Of a DNA stretch of 64,000 nucleotides, positions 23,272-38,042 are shown one piece after another (position 1 is the first letter of the stretch; the number at the start of each line of letters is the position of its first letter). The notes beneath the pieces were generated by a model that was given only the letters and a program-made list of their open reading frames with translations, was not told the origin of the DNA and did no database searches. This DNA comes from Dimorphilus gyrociliatus (taxonomy: Eukaryota > Animalia > Annelida). Location of the stretch: assembly GCA_904063045.1 (NCBI GenBank), contig CAJFCJ010000003.1, positions 62,001 to 126,000 of the forward strand. The letters run 5' to 3'. Both the position numbers and the translations under genes were made by a program.

Positions 23272-25785
23272 AGACAGATTGGGAGAATTTCGACTGCGGT
23301 CAAGTGACAATATTTCGTATTACGTTTAGGGTTTCTATCTAAACGATTGCTCTAAAGAGAGATTAAAACAATGGATTTTACTTTCAAGTTCTCTACTATT
23401 ACCCTTTCAAATATCGATTGACCTTCTCATCGAGGCCGCTGCTTAAACGGATCATCGGCGCAGTGAATAAATAGACAGGGATCTTTGGGGGCGGGGGACT
23501 GTTTTTTTGTTGTTTGAAGCTTCGTCTCTAAACGCACAACACCAATAGCAACCGCAATAAGAATAACGATAATAATTAAAAGCCTTTTCCCAGATGGAAT
23601 CTCATCTTTTGAATGAAAATGTATGATTCATATTAACCGTACGATACAGCATAATCCCAGCCCTAACGTTGTGTCTATCCCTCTCAACGTCTCATAAGCG
23701 TTATTTTCAAAGACCAAGAACTACGTTTGGATTGATCAATCATTGTTTTCGTCGCTTCAGGCATATAAAAATTCTCGCGTTCTTTTCGCTCATTAAGCTG
23801 GTGGATGAATCTTTCAGAGTTATCATACGAATTAGAGACGGTGTAAATTTCTGCACTCTTAACAATAACAGATAGGCTCTTTTCGTTAGACATTATCCTA
23901 TTAATATTCATAACGTCTCTTAGTATTAAATAAAATAAAGAGAGATAGCAAGTAAGGAAGGGTAGAGCTAAAAATTGCGATTGGAGATTATCTATTTGTC
24001 GAGTAGAATTGAGAAAAAGGACAGATGAGATAATGAGAGAGAGAGAGAGAGAGAGAAAGAGGGAGAGAGAAAGAAAAAAAGAAAGAGATAAACATATTGA
24101 ATAGTTAACAATTAGAAGTTGATGAAGAGAAATTGAATTGTATTGAATTTGTATTCATTAAAAATGATATACAAGGTGACATCGAAGAAATAGTCTCTTT
24201 ATATCTGAGACAATGATTATATTGCTATAAAGCGTGTACTGTATTGATTATTGGTCAAGGTTGAGGTTTGTATTGAAGAAAAACGTAAACAAAAATATTC
24301 ATATTTTTTTATCATTATACAATATAATCTTTTTTCAATTTTTAATAATCTTCATTGACGTTGTACACTGCAAATTTGTAGAGCTTAATCTCTTGGACTT
24401 ACTAATAGCGTTGCTATCTATTTTTGCTTCGCTTTCAATTATTTCGCTATTCTTATCATAGTCATTGTTGTTGTATCGGAGAAAAACTTTTAGGCACGCT
24501 ATTACGAAAAGAGAGAAAGAGGGAGAGAGGGAGAGATTGGAGAGGGGGAATAGAAAGGTAGTGGAACTCATAAAAGAGATCATAATGGATTTTATTCCAG
24601 AGCCAATAAGTATTAAGACTATAATTGACACAAGAGGTGATACAATGAGGAGTTGAAAGAAGAAAATTGCTTATATTATTTCAGCACGATTAATCGATAT
24701 TTGTAATATATTAATGTTTGGCAGTTTGTTTATTGTTCAGGTTGAGAATATAAATAAAATCTGTTTATATTAAAAGTGAACAGGATAGAAAGTAGTTTAT
24801 ATTCCGACAGCAAAAATCAATTAAGAGAAAGAGAGAGAGGAAAGAGAGTGAACTCACAAGTCTGGCAAAGAGCGAACGAGAATCTTTTTTACACAAGTTT
24901 GCCTTTCTAGGCGTTTAAATAAATAGCTTGGAGCTAATAACGAAGCGAGGAAACTATTCAAATTTCGTAGAATGCTTAAAAATAACCAGGGAGAGAAACT
25001 TTTCTACAATTGCCAAACTATCTTTCCCTTTTCATTTCCCTTTCATTCTGTTATCACTTTCTTTTTATTATCAATATTGTTTGAAAAGATGATGATAAGT
25101 TGTTGCATTGATCAAAGCAATCGATTTCTCTTCTTTTCACTTTTCAAGAGCACGATCTGCAATGTGTCTTTAAAAGTTTCTCATTGATGTTGCCATTTTC
25201 TTTCAAGCAGGTGACTAACCGAATTGGAATTGACTTTTAAATAGGCTCTAAACAGGATAAGAGAAAATTGTTTTTGACATCAACTATGCGTAAAGATCAC
25301 ATTGATAATATTTATCCCTTTCCTGTAAACCTATGTCTGTTTTATAAATATTAATTAATAATGGAAAAATCCCCATTTCTAGGAAAAATACTACTAGTAA
25401 CTTGTTAGCATTAACAATATTATTTTCTAGGTAAGAAGAGAGTTGAAAAAGAGCGATTTTAATGTCCGACAACGCCTAGATTATGTTAGTTTGCTGAATA
25501 AAAATACAGTATAAGCTTTATTTGATAGGAAATTTTTGAAGAAACATTTTTTTCGGTTTTGTAATTTGATGTTAAAAATAAAGAGGATAAATTGAAGATG
25601 ATTGATTGACGTGTCGTTTTAAAATTGGTTAAACTTGCTTTATGAAATCCTCAGGAGAAGAGAGAGAAAATAAGATATGTAATTTTTTCTCTCTCATCTC
25701 TCCCCTGCTCTCCGCTTTGACTCTACTCTATTCAATTAATTATGAGTTTTCCAGAATTGACCAAATTAACACAACGTTGGAAGAG

Positions 25786-25814
25786 TGAGTGAGTGTGTGA
25801 GTGAGTGAGTGAGT

Positions 25815-25866
<52 letters not shown>
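25786..25866. repeat. (GAGT)n + (GA)n compound microsatellite, representative of dozens of AG tracts
   Basis: About 20 perfect GA units preceded by gagt units. Confidence 0.9.
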
Positions 25867-26730
25867 GGAAGAGAAGCAAGGTTGAAAGGTCAGAAGGAGA
25901 GAAAGGTCAGAATGGAGAGGCAGAGGAGGGAAAAGAGACAACACTAAAATTTCGATCGAGGAAGAGAAAAGACAAAAGGGTTAGAGAATATAGAAATTTT
26001 TGATTCCAGTAAAGAGGATTAATATAAAGGATTTATTAATATTTTCTGCGAATTAATTAAAAAGAAGAGAGAAAAAAAAAGGATAGAATTTTTTTCTCCT
26101 CCATTTTTCGTATTAAATTCGATTGTTTTGGTCTTGAAAAATGTATTTTCTTCTATTAAAACTGTACTAATATTTTATAGAAAGAAACATTTCAATGCCA
26201 TTTTCATCTTGGTTGTTTAAATATTTTGCTATAAACTATTTACATATTAATTAATTAATATGGATAATACATTTGATGGCGATTTAAGAAGAATGAACAT
26301 TTTATATTGAACATATTTCATTCTGCGTGCATCGTTTATTATATCAAAAGAATGCAGGAATAGTGTTGACAAAAATGTATCGACCCAGTGTCAACATTTT
26401 CTAGCATACTAAAATGAATATATGTCGAAATGTATATATACAAATATATATACATTCATATATACTGTATATATATTTATATTAGGTTGTAGTTTTAAAT
26501 ATATTCATTTATATATACTTAGATATATATATATAAATGTTATATTTATATTTATACACACACACTTGATCATTATTGACGACAAAGACCTTAAAAAGGA
26601 AAAGAGGGGCAGCTCTGTGGTATTATTTTTTTTACATTTTTATACTTTTTTTCTTTTCAAGTTGAAAATCTGGAATGAAAAACAGAAAACACAAAAATTA
26701 ACTATTAATTAAGTTCCTTTAAAAGAGAGA

Positions 26731-26772
<42 letters not shown>

Positions 26773-27033
26773 ATGGCAATATTACTAACCGATTGTCCCA
26801 CGTTTAATCATCCTTGTTACTTCTCTTGGTTATATCCCCTGTAATACATGAATAAATAAATATTTACACTGTATAATGTATACTGTATATATTGCATATA
26901 GGTATAGATATTAGTAATAGTTGGTGAGATTCTCTTCAAGTATACCTATTATTTTTATTGACAATATAAAACACTTCCAGTTAGAAAATTGTTACAAAAT
27001 TCTTTGAAAAAGAACGAAGGAGATAGATTGATA

Positions 27034-27080
<47 letters not shown>

Positions 27081-28008
27081 GAGTTAGAATAGGTAAGTGA
27101 CACGTAAAAGATGAAAAGAGAGAGATAGAATGAGACGTTTTTGATATGTCCTTCAACAAACGTAGATAGACAGAGTATTGTACAATGTATACAACTGCAA
27201 CGATATAAATACGATATGAGGAAAATAGAGAGAGGAATACAAAACAAATATATCACGTATACAGTTTACTAAACACCATACTTCATATTTAAAGTACAAG
27301 GGATTTAGGATGTTTTTTTATCAATCGGTAGAATAGGATAAATAGGAAGGAAGAGAAAGAGAGAAACACCGTAAGGAAAAGATTTAATAAAGGAAAATAA
27401 TAGACATTTATAAGGTGTATATGAGAGGAAGACTAAACGTATATAAGGGTCATTTTTGTGGAGATATAACACTACTGTAACTCACCGCGAGCGCATTAAT
27501 TCTGAGAAATTATACATATATGTAAAAACAAAAAATATACATTTCTGCTCAAATAAAGCGCAGTTTGTCATTAAAAAATAAGAAAGCTGGTTTCGTTTGT
27601 TTGAAATTTGATTAAAGCAACAGTAGATGCAGAGAAAGTATTTTGCTTTGGAGAATTTTAAAAGCGAGATATAGGCCTATTTTACAGTTCATAAAAGTAA
27701 TTGGGTAATAATGAAGCAGAAATTGCTAAACATTTGTGAACTTGAGTACCAGAGGGCAAATTTAGTGCAATTTTTTACGCTGATTAAGTGCAGTCTTTAA
27801 TGTGAAAAGTGTAATGAAAGCATCCATCTAATCACTGAGATTAACTAGGAAAAAACAAAAAACTCTTCTAATATTATACAACTCTTCCTCCAAATGAATT
27901 CATCAATTGCAGTTAAGAGATCAATGCATGGAGATTAGTTGCCGCTTAAAAAAGAGTCTTTACTGACAGACTTTGTGAATATCAGATAGAGACGGAAAAG
28001 CGAAGAGT

Positions 28009-28045
<37 letters not shown>

Positions 28046-28205
28046 GCGTAAAAAGAGGAAGCGGAAGAGAGAGAGAGAAAAGAGAAAGATACTTTTTAAA
28101 TCGTCTTTCAAAAAGAGCGTTAGGGAAAGGAAATATTTCTTTGTTTGGTGCTAATTAGTCAAGAAGAGGAAATGGCAAAAGTTGCATAAATACCATTAAA
28201 CTAAA

Positions 28206-31200
28206 CTACTTACGTTCGTATTTTAAACGATGCTGCCACAAAGATGGACTATTAGTTCTATCAATTGGTTGCCTCTTTTTGAAACCTGCAAATGCATTTG
28301 CACCAATCGAATCGAAAGATTTCTTTTTCATTCCTCCGAAAGCCGAAGATCCAATAGCGTCAAACGATCTCTTTAATCCACCGAACGCAGACGATCCAAT
28401 GGAATCGAATGGTCTCTTTCGTAGAGCGCCAAAAGAGGAACTTCCTCCAATAGAATCGAATGATCTCTTAAAACCACTGAAAGCCGAATTTCTTCCAATG
28501 GAATCGAAATTTCTCTTTTTTAATCCTCCAAAAGCGGAGGTTCCAATCGAATCAAAAGTTCTCTTCTTAAGTCCTCCAAACGCCGAGGTTCCAATCGAAT
28601 CGAAAGTTCTCTTCTTAAGTCCTCCAAAGGCTGAGGTTCCTATCGAATCGAAAGTTCTTTTCTTTAGCCCTCCAAAAGCGGACGTTCCTATCGAATCAAA
28701 AGACTTTTTGTCTATATCATTGGATCCAACATAGTTTTCTCGCAATTCGTCCAAGTTCTTCTGTTTAAATAATTAACATAAAACAATGGAATAATTTCTA
28801 ACGCGATTGACTGATTGACTGATTAAATGATTGATTGATTATTTATTTACTTATCTGTATCAACAGATAAAATAGTAAGTAAGCTAGTTGTGTAGTTTTC
28901 TGTTCAATCAATCAATCAATCGAATAGTAAATTAATTACTCAAATGGATTATTTAAATGATTTAAAGAGAGAAAAGGGTTACATTTGTTTGTGTAACAAA
29001 TTTATATAATCTTATGAAAGAATAAAGATAGAAGGGGAGAGGAAGGGGACGGAAGGAAAGAGGGAGAGAGAGGTTTTCTCTCCGCGTAAAACCAAATCAA
29101 ACAATAACAGCGGGGGACAATCTGGGCTTTAAGTTGGTTGTATCATTAAATTTCCTGCCAAAATTATTGGCGTTAGATGAAAAAGTAGAAAACTGTTACA
29201 GATTCAATAATTAAGGCCGTTTTTATTTACAGAAGAGAGAGAGAGAGGGAGGGGAGAAGAGGAGGGGGGAGAGGGATGGAAAAGAAAAAGTAACAAAAAG
29301 TTAACAATTAACTTGAATACTTAATTAATTAAGCATATAAAAAAACCTATTGAATAAGTAAACCCTGACATTTACGACTTTGTTTTGCAAACTCTCTATT
29401 TATATAGTTTGAATAAAAATAGAAAAATAGCGAATTTTTAATGAGAAAATTATGGGAAAATATAATTTTTTCTGCGAATATTTAAACAACAAAAAAAAAA
29501 TGATGGAAAACTTTCATTAAATATCTAATTAAAAAAATTAAAACGTTACAATAAATGATAATCAATACCGATATCAGAATGAATAGCTTAAATCGTCCCT
29601 CTTCCGCCTACTACCAATTTCCTCCCTCACTTATTCCCTCCCACCGCCCAGCTTTCGTTGCTCTTTTAAAAGTAGATTTATTTGTTTGAGTACTCTTATT
29701 CTTGATATAACGTAGAATAGATTAAACTAAACGTTATAGAAAGGGAGCAGTTTCAACCGGAGATTAATCCTAGATGAAATGAAAATACTATGCACTAAAA
29801 CTAAAATTAAAAGTAGGAGAGAGAGAGAGAGGGCCGGGAGGTGGAGGAGGGTGGAGAGAGAGAAAGAGAAATAAAAGGAATAGATTACTAGTTTTGAACG
29901 TTAGCGAGAATAATGCGAAACCGTAGGAAATTATGAAGAGATGATTGAAATAATAGAATGAATGAATGAATGAATGAGGGGCTATTATTCAACGGAGCAT
30001 GTCTGAAATTACACGATTCATGCATTTAGCAATCAGAAATGTTTGTGTCTATTTTTATCAAGAAAATCGCACTGGGAAATTGGTCAACGTCAGAACAAAG
30101 TGTCCGAATGAGAATTCAATTGAAAATGCTATTTCTGGTGGAATCGCTATCGTTTGCTTAATTAATTGAGAAACGAGTTACGAATTTCTAATGAACAAAA
30201 ACAGTGGGAAACTTTCATAAAAACATATTCCACAAATCTTTTCCTTTTCCTTCTTCATCTTTTAATTGAGCGTAATTTAAAATTGTATGCAATCATTCAT
30301 TCATTCGTTCGTTCATTCATTTGCTTATTCATTTGTTGTAGTATACATTTCTCTTCCCTCATTCATTCATTCATTCATTCATTCATTTAATCATACTATC
30401 TTTCTATTCTTTCTACCTTCTTACTTTGAGGCTATCGAGTTTTATTTAGCCTGAGAGTAAATCTACATCTTTCAACGATTTTTCGTATTCTATAAACTAG
30501 ACGGTTGTTCGACGTCGCACGGTGTTCGATAAATGTATATTTATACCTAAAAAAGCGCCTTCGATAAATATTATTTGCAGTTTGGTGGTTGCCGAGTTAT
30601 ATAAGTGGAAATATATAGATTTTTCTCTTTCCCTTCCTCCTCCTCTTTTATCGGCGCTAAATGCCTAATAGTCAACAGAATCTATTTCTCTAAACATCTC
30701 TTTCGATCACTTTCTTTCCTCCTGTCTCCCTTTATTCTTTGCTTTTTCAATTAAGCAAATAGAGAAAACAATTATAATCTTTGATTTTTATGATCTGTTC
30801 TATTGATTTCATTCCTTACTCCTTTCTTTTTCCTCTTCCTGCTCCTGATTCTGCTCCTGCTCCTCCTCTATTTCCTATCTCACTTGCTTTTCCATTTCGT
30901 TTGCTAACGACTTGTTTTATATCATTTCTATACTTTTTCCAGTACTAATTCATTGATAATAAAAGACTTATATAGCTCAATTTTCCTTTTTATCTTTTAA
31001 CTGTCGTTAAACATGACAGAACGAAAGAGGAAAATATGTTTAAATGACTTTTATATGCATGATTTTTTTTTATTTCTCTCTCTCTCTCTTTCCTTCTCTG
31101 TGTCTCTCTTTGGAGCATCTCTTTCTCTATCCTTTTCACTCTTTTACTCGGTCTCGTTTCTTTTTGTTAATTAATTATAATCTTTCATAGACAGCTGCGT

Positions 31201-32701
31201 AGTTTCCTCTCTTTCTTCATCTTTGCCTTTTCTCTCTTTTTTTTCAAATTAACATTTTTCCAACTCTTCTCCGCAGGATTAAAAGGGTATTTTCTTTCTT
31301 TTATACTTTCTTATGGTCGTATAATTTATGACGTAAATACATAAACAGATTGATTGATAGAGAGATAGACAGATAGATAGATAGATGATAGTCAGATTTA
31401 GTATTGTCCCAGTGGATATTTATGATTTCTTTTCCGTCTTTTTTATGTTTTTTATGTTTTTTCGTCCAAGTTTTTGAGAGTACGGAAAGCGTTAAATAGC
31501 TCTATGATCTTCTTTTATTGTTTTGGAAATATTTGAAAGGGAAGGCGAAGAGGAAAAAGGATTATATTAAATTATTTAAGGGCGACAGATATACGCAATC
31601 GTTGATACAGAGACGGAGAGGAAGAGAAAAAACAATACAACTCTATTGAACGCTTTTTAGTCTTATACTAAAGAAGAGATTTTCTAGTAAAATGTCTATG
31701 TCTGTTTGTCAGTGAATATTCAAGAAATGATAGCAAACACAAGAAGCGTCTATTCGATTAAAAGTGTTTCTTTTAGATTGTTTTCCTTCTCCAAGAAAGA
31801 ATAGAATGTAAATAAATTATTTATTTAAATAGTGAAAGATAATTTATTTATATATTGGATCCTTTCAATGTTGACAAATAATTTTACTTTTCTGATGTTT
31901 GTTTGCCTAAATACTTTTTCTAGTTTACTCCGTAAGGAATCTCTTTTCTAGCTCGTACCTACTCAGACAGTTGCGTCGTTTTGTCAGGAAGGCAAGTCGG
32001 AAGAGAGGCGGGAGGTGGGAGTAGAGAAAAGTAAGGGGTCGGCTGCATAAGGGGTAAAAGATATGCAGGGTAGCGAATGGCAATAAAACAAGAAGATTCG
32101 CACATGAATGGTAAGAGGTAGAGAAAACTTTTCTTTTACCTGTCGGGTGTGCTTTTTGCACCCAACACCCTCTATCATCGGCATTATTCTCCCGCCCCCT
32201 TTCTCAAGGACGAAGATTTTAACTATAAAGAAGCAATTAACTCGTCGAGGGCCTTATTATCACCCAACTTCCAGTGTTATATATCTTTTTTGAGCCACCA
32301 ATAGAATGGCTCGGGGAAACTAAGAGCTTTGCGCAATCAACTCGTATGAATAGGGGTTAATCGGTGTGGATTCGATATAATTCAATACAATCAAAAAGAA
32401 AAGGGCATCGTGTTCCTATTATAGTTGTCGTATGTATTATATAACGAAAGACAATACTCATATTGTAAAGCGATTTACTATCTTTTTATCTATTCACTCT
32501 CCAACTGCCGCTTTTTTTCTATTGCTAACAGATTAATGGCTGGATAATGAAGACGGGATAAAAAAGACAGGGTGAACGAGTCTCATTCCCAAGACCGAAA
32601 CTCCGAATAGCAACGATTCGGACAACTTTTCCGAAACGAAAGAGCGGAAGGAAAGAGTAGGTAGAGGAGGATATGAGTATATATTAAAAAAAACACATAC
32701 A

Positions 32702-32738
<37 letters not shown>

Positions 32739-33263
32739 GTGTAAGCTTAAGCGTCTCTAAACTAAAAAATTAGAAAGCGTTTCTATGTTGTATAGAATAA
32801 TAAATGAATGATTTTGGCAAAAATAAGAACTAAGGCCGCTATCTTTGTGATTGTTATCTGTTCAGTCTATGCTTAGATGTTGCTTTGAAAGATTGAAAAA
32901 ACAACTTTCAATGCAAAAAGATACGAAAAGTTTGTCCTCGTTTTTGCTGTAATCTGTCTCTTTCTGGGTGTTTTTATAAAAGTATTGAAATAAAAAATTG
33001 CTTTGACATTTTAGCGACTGTTCTAATAAAAAAGACAAGAAGAGGAAGAGAGAGTGAGAGAGCGGGCGGGAGGGGAGAGAAGGGAAAAGAGGGACAAAGA
33101 AAGAAATAATAAACTATTGATAATGAAATATGAGAAATAAGAAAATAACACTGTTAACGTGGAACAAAGTTATAACTATCAATTGCACAATACTAACCTT
33201 GTTCTTTTCTAAACTTGCTGCGGAGACGCTAAGTAAGCAGATAAACAGCGCCAGGCGTCTCAT
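28206..33263 (-). CDS. FDSIG-type (pedal peptide/orcokinin family) neuropeptide precursor
   Basis: Exon 28760-28206 encodes nine [S/T/N/P]FD[S/A]IG...[A/S]F[G/S/A][G/A][L/F/M] peptides separated by KK/KR/KKR/RKR sites. Candidate signal-peptide exon 33263-33198 (MRRLALFICLLSVSAASLEKNK, phase-0 GT donor) fits the phase-0 acceptor at 28760. The link between the two exons is inferred and other exons may intervene. Confidence 0.85.
28545..28710 (-). repeat. 48-nt coding tandem repeat within the neuropeptide precursor
   Basis: Consecutive 16-codon units (TFDSIGTSAFGGLKKR) with synonymous differences between copies. Confidence 0.8.
32703..32735. repeat. (CA)n microsatellite
   Basis: Perfect ac repeats. 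Confidence 0.9.
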
Positions 33264-36200
33264 TCTCGGTGTGTTGCAGTCGAATGCGGTCGGTTAGAAA
33301 GTTTAGAGAGTATTTGTAGGGGAAAATCGAGTCGTGCAAATGATATGCGCATTTGATTATGAAAATGGCGTAGGCGATTGGAAAATATTATGATCATTAA
33401 AATAGTAGTTTTGTTTCTTTGGGGTGGCTTTCTTCCGCCTTTCCAACCCGATTCGATAGATAAGATGAATAGCTTAAGGAGCAATTTCATTCGTTGAATC
33501 GGTTAAATCCCATTTGATACGGCTATATTTATTCTGCTACTTTCTTCTTTATTTCGCTCTTCCTCCCTCTCTCCCCGTCCCTCCGCCACTGCGTTTAGTT
33601 TATGGAAAAGAGGGGAGAATGACTATTACATAATACAAAATACTTTACTTGCCTAGATGAACCTCTGACGTATAAGTTCTCTTGAATATTTATAAGAGAA
33701 TTGAATAATTGAATGAAAACAACAATCAGTTAAGTGTCTATGACGCAGAGGACAGACATAGAGAAATACATGGAATTATACAGTATACTGTACGCATACA
33801 TCAAAAGCATCCGCAAATAGTAATACAAAAAGCCGTTAATGAGAGATTTAATTGTAAACGTCGATTTAAAACTCGGTTCAACTGGAGAGAAATGAGAAGG
33901 TGAAAACAGATTAAAGGATAAACGGTTGTGGAAGAAGAATGACAGGGTTAGGGTATTAAATATCGAATTTATGAAAAGTTCTATATTCATATTTACATAC
34001 AAATTTCGTCTATTGACGCGAAAAGATGGAAAGAGATGGAACTCTGGCCGTTCCTTCCATTATTCGTTTACGTTTTCCCTTAGGCAGTACGACGGGGACG
34101 GGAAACAAGAAACGGGAAGTAGAAGGAGGAGACGATTTAAGTAAGCGTCGATTGTTAATTGAAAAATTTCGTTTCTTTCTCCGTTTCTTAAAAGTAATTT
34201 AGGTCGTGAAAACAAGGCTAGACGTTACGGCTAGACGCTTCTTTGAAATGCATTAATAAATTCAACGCAATCGTTTGAGAACTTGAATAAATCAACCGTT
34301 TAACAGAGCATATCATTGCCTTATAACAGTTCCATAAAAACAAATTAGACAGATTTTCTTCAAAGACAAATAAATACCTCTCACGAAGAGCTTTATAACA
34401 GGAAGTTCCGGAACGGAAATTTGTAATTTTTTCAGATAAATACTCAATCCTGCCATTCTCTATTATTCCAACAACAAACTAGATTCCATTTATGACATCC
34501 ATCAAAAATAAATGTATATATTTACATAATAAATCTTGTCGCTAAACGATTATTAGTAATAAATAAATAGAAATTAAATTTTTCCTATGATTTATTAAAA
34601 TAATACGAGAGATAATATCATTCTCCTCCCTTCTCGCGTTCTCTTTGAAAGTTGCAGTTGTTGGAGGAGGAACGAGATGGATTGAGGGAAAGGGTTTAAA
34701 TTAATCGTGGCTCTGTTGCTCATCTCTCCTCCACTTCCTCCTCCCGCTCCGTTTGCTATTTTAACCTCTCAACAAAACTATCCTATGACAGACCAATAGA
34801 TTTAGATAAGACGAATTTCTTGACAAACAAGATGGAATTTATTTAATAGCTTATCAAGTCCACCAGATAATACAGACAAATGATTTAATCCCATTCGATT
34901 TATTATTTTAACCTTTATCATTCATCAAAACGCATTAACTAATTGCTACATTTAATAAATACATATTGTAAAGAACATTTTTTCACTCGATCGTCTTTCC
35001 ATTTCCATACTTTCTCTCTCTCTCTCTTTACTAAATAGGCAAGTCGATATTTATTTGTCGGTTCAATCAACTTATAAAGCAGCAAACAAACGTAAAGTTG
35101 CGAACAAATTACATAATTTCCTTTTCCTGGAAGAGCAGTGTAGTCATTATAATTATACTACACTACCACAACAACCACTACCACTACTACTACTTCTGCT
35201 GCTACTCCCAATAGTAGTAATGGTAGTGGTTATAATGAAACAGCGCTTGAATTCTTTAGTTTCTGAAATCGTATATGGGCAAATGTTGCATATTCTCCTC
35301 ATCTTTTCCTTTCCTTTCTTGCCACTTCCTCGTATTTTTTTTAAATAGAGAAAAGAGTATATTTACACAATTTTATCCAATTATCACTATGACAATAAGA
35401 ATAATTAAGAAGATAGAGGAAATTCAATAAAGTGGGAGAGAGAGAGAGAGAAAGAGAGAGAGTGAGAGCATGAGAACAGAAAGAGGAGAAGGGCAAAGAA
35501 AGATAGAGAGAATATCAGTCGTTAGTACTCTGCTTTTTTGTATTGCAAGCGCACTTGCAAGAATTATCTTTATTCCACTACATTTTGTCTAAATAAAGAA
35601 ATATTGAGTGTATCGAGTTGATTAAGCAATAAAAAGCTTTCTTAATTGACTAACCAAACCCTTAAGGAGATATTTCTATTTATTCTATATTCTATATTTT
35701 TCATAAAGAACGCTAAAATAACACTTTCATAATGATTATGCTACGGGAGAGAGAGACGAGGGAGGAGAGGCGAGAGGAAAAGTAAGGGATTAAGGAGAGG
35801 AGAAAAACAAGGGAAAGGAAAAGTGTAAATACTTTTTGAAAACCACAAAAAAAACCTTTTTTATTAGTATAATCAACTAAAGTAGACTATTTTTGGTATA
35901 TTAATCAAACATTTATAGCTTTATCAACGTTTCGATGGATTTATAGACGGAAAGATCGATAGATGGATGGAGGGAGGGAACAACAAGGCTGCGTTAGGGT
36001 AGTGTGGGTAGAATTTAATTCTGCGAATAACCTGGGGGGAAAATGATATTGTCAATGACAGATAAAAATAAACGATGAACCGTTTGACACAGTAGGATTA
36101 CTGATTCGTGATTCTAACATGTACAGTATATATCATGTACAAGATATAACATTTACACGTTAGATAGTTTAAGAATGAGTACAAGAGAGGTTTTCAAGTG

Positions 36201-38005
36201 TAAAAATGAGTAGTCAATTAGGGTGTTGAAATACGAAAGGTGATCTTCTAAAAAGAGAGCGTGCCTTTTTCTACGGCGAATAGATAGCTAAAGAATTTGA
36301 AGAGTATTGAATTTGAGCTATCAAATCCGCTTACCATTCGTTGATTCTTATTTATTTCCTCGATAATTTCATTATTTTCAAGTAAAATGTAATTTTTATA
36401 GGTTTTCTAGCAAATTTTCCTAAAATAGACGCTATCAGACGCTATCTTGTCAACTTTTATTTAGACGGAAATCTGTATTCAATCAAATTTTCTCTCCTCT
36501 TTCTTCTTCTTCTTCTTCTTCTACGCCCTCCCCTTCCTCTGCCACTTCTCGTAGTTGAACTTTTCTTTTCTCATTGTCACTCTTTCCCCTTTCTGGGAAT
36601 TGTCCTTTTGAAGACAACTATATTTGAGAGGAAGCAACAAGAAATATAGAGCAAGATTAAATTGAAAGGTCACATGACATAATTCGTTTGTTAAAATTTA
36701 TACCATCATTTAGTAGGATGAATGGGAAAATAAAATAATAAAATCTCTTTAGCAGTCTTTGTTTATGAGTTCTTTGTATAAACATTAATTTAGTAGAGTT
36801 TACTTAGTGAATTACACTCAAATTCTAATAATTACCTATATCTATTTAAATATTTAATAATAAACCTTTATGCTACTGATAAAAGTTAATAGACCTTGTT
36901 TTTTTTCTCTTTAAGGGATTTCATCTTATTTCCTGAAAAAACTAAGGACTGGCTAAAGGGTCAAGGCTCCATCGAATAAGACGGGAAAACTTTTTCCAAA
37001 AGCCAAAAGAGACGGACGGATTATTGGACGGAAGAACGACTGGATGAAGTGAAGGGATTGGTGGACGAATGGATGAGTGAATGGAACTTTTGGATGGAGA
37101 ATAAATGATATTCTTAATTTTCCCTTCTTCAGCATTCAAGTTCAATCCAATTTGTTGTTTCGTGTCTATGTTAATACTTTTACTAGATTGCGTGATCATG
37201 GGACTTTGTCTTTCAATATAAATGGAAAATGGTGTTAATTAGGAACTTTTGTTTTTATTCCATTCTCTTTTTAAAGGGAATTTTAATTAATAAAAAGAAC
37301 ACATTAAAAACATAATAGAAAATATTATACTAAATTTAGTGCAGGAGTTTGAAATTTGTACTTGATTTTTTCCTCTCTTTTCCCACTCTCTCTCTCTCTC
37401 TCCCACTGCGATTTCTCTTTCTATTTATCTTTGCTGTCATGGTCTTTTTTGTTGTAAAAAAAATGTCTCTTTTGTTTCTAGGAAAAGTTATTCATACATG
37501 TACTGTATATACACAGTATACACGGTACGCACTGTACTCTCTAATAGGAAGACAAAATAATAAACACAATGAATGACAGATAGGATTGCTATGAAAAGAT
37601 TCAGATGAAAACCCCTTTAATGGTCATTTGTACATTCTTTTCCCTTTATATGCTTTTTATATTCATATTGTATCGTAGTTGGTTTTTCTTTAGTTTACCA
37701 GGTTCCCCCTTCTTTTTACTTTTCTCTCCTCGTTAACATTCTGCTATCGGCGGAAGAAAGCGAAAAAGATATGGAGGTGGAAAATAAACAATGGGACAAA
37801 CGGAACAGTGAAAGCTATAGCTTTTCGTACTAAAATTCAGTGTATTTGTCAGTTGTTCTACTCGGTTCATTGGGTGTGACAATTGTTTTAATGAAGAAGA
37901 AAAATATAGAAAAGAAACTAAAAATATTACGCTTTTCCTTTGCTTCATTCCTTTGAAAATTAAAAGGTGGACAGATACTCCGACCGACTTTCAGCGTTTG
38001 AGTGA

Positions 38006-38042
<37 letters not shown>

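Noticed and set aside
23684-23911. Minus-strand 75-aa ORF containing ERFIHQ, reminiscent of ABCC TMD2
   Set aside because: Only a short match, the flanks do not align to copies A or B, and the spacing does not fit the relic. Left unassigned.
24335-24631. Minus-strand 98-aa ORF
   Set aside because: Partly a low-complexity CT tract, with no family motif or convincing splice pair.
28279-28734. 151-aa plus-strand ORF with PPKAEVPIESK repeats
   Set aside because: It is the antisense shadow of the repetitive neuropeptide exon; the dibasic-site pattern is on the minus strand.
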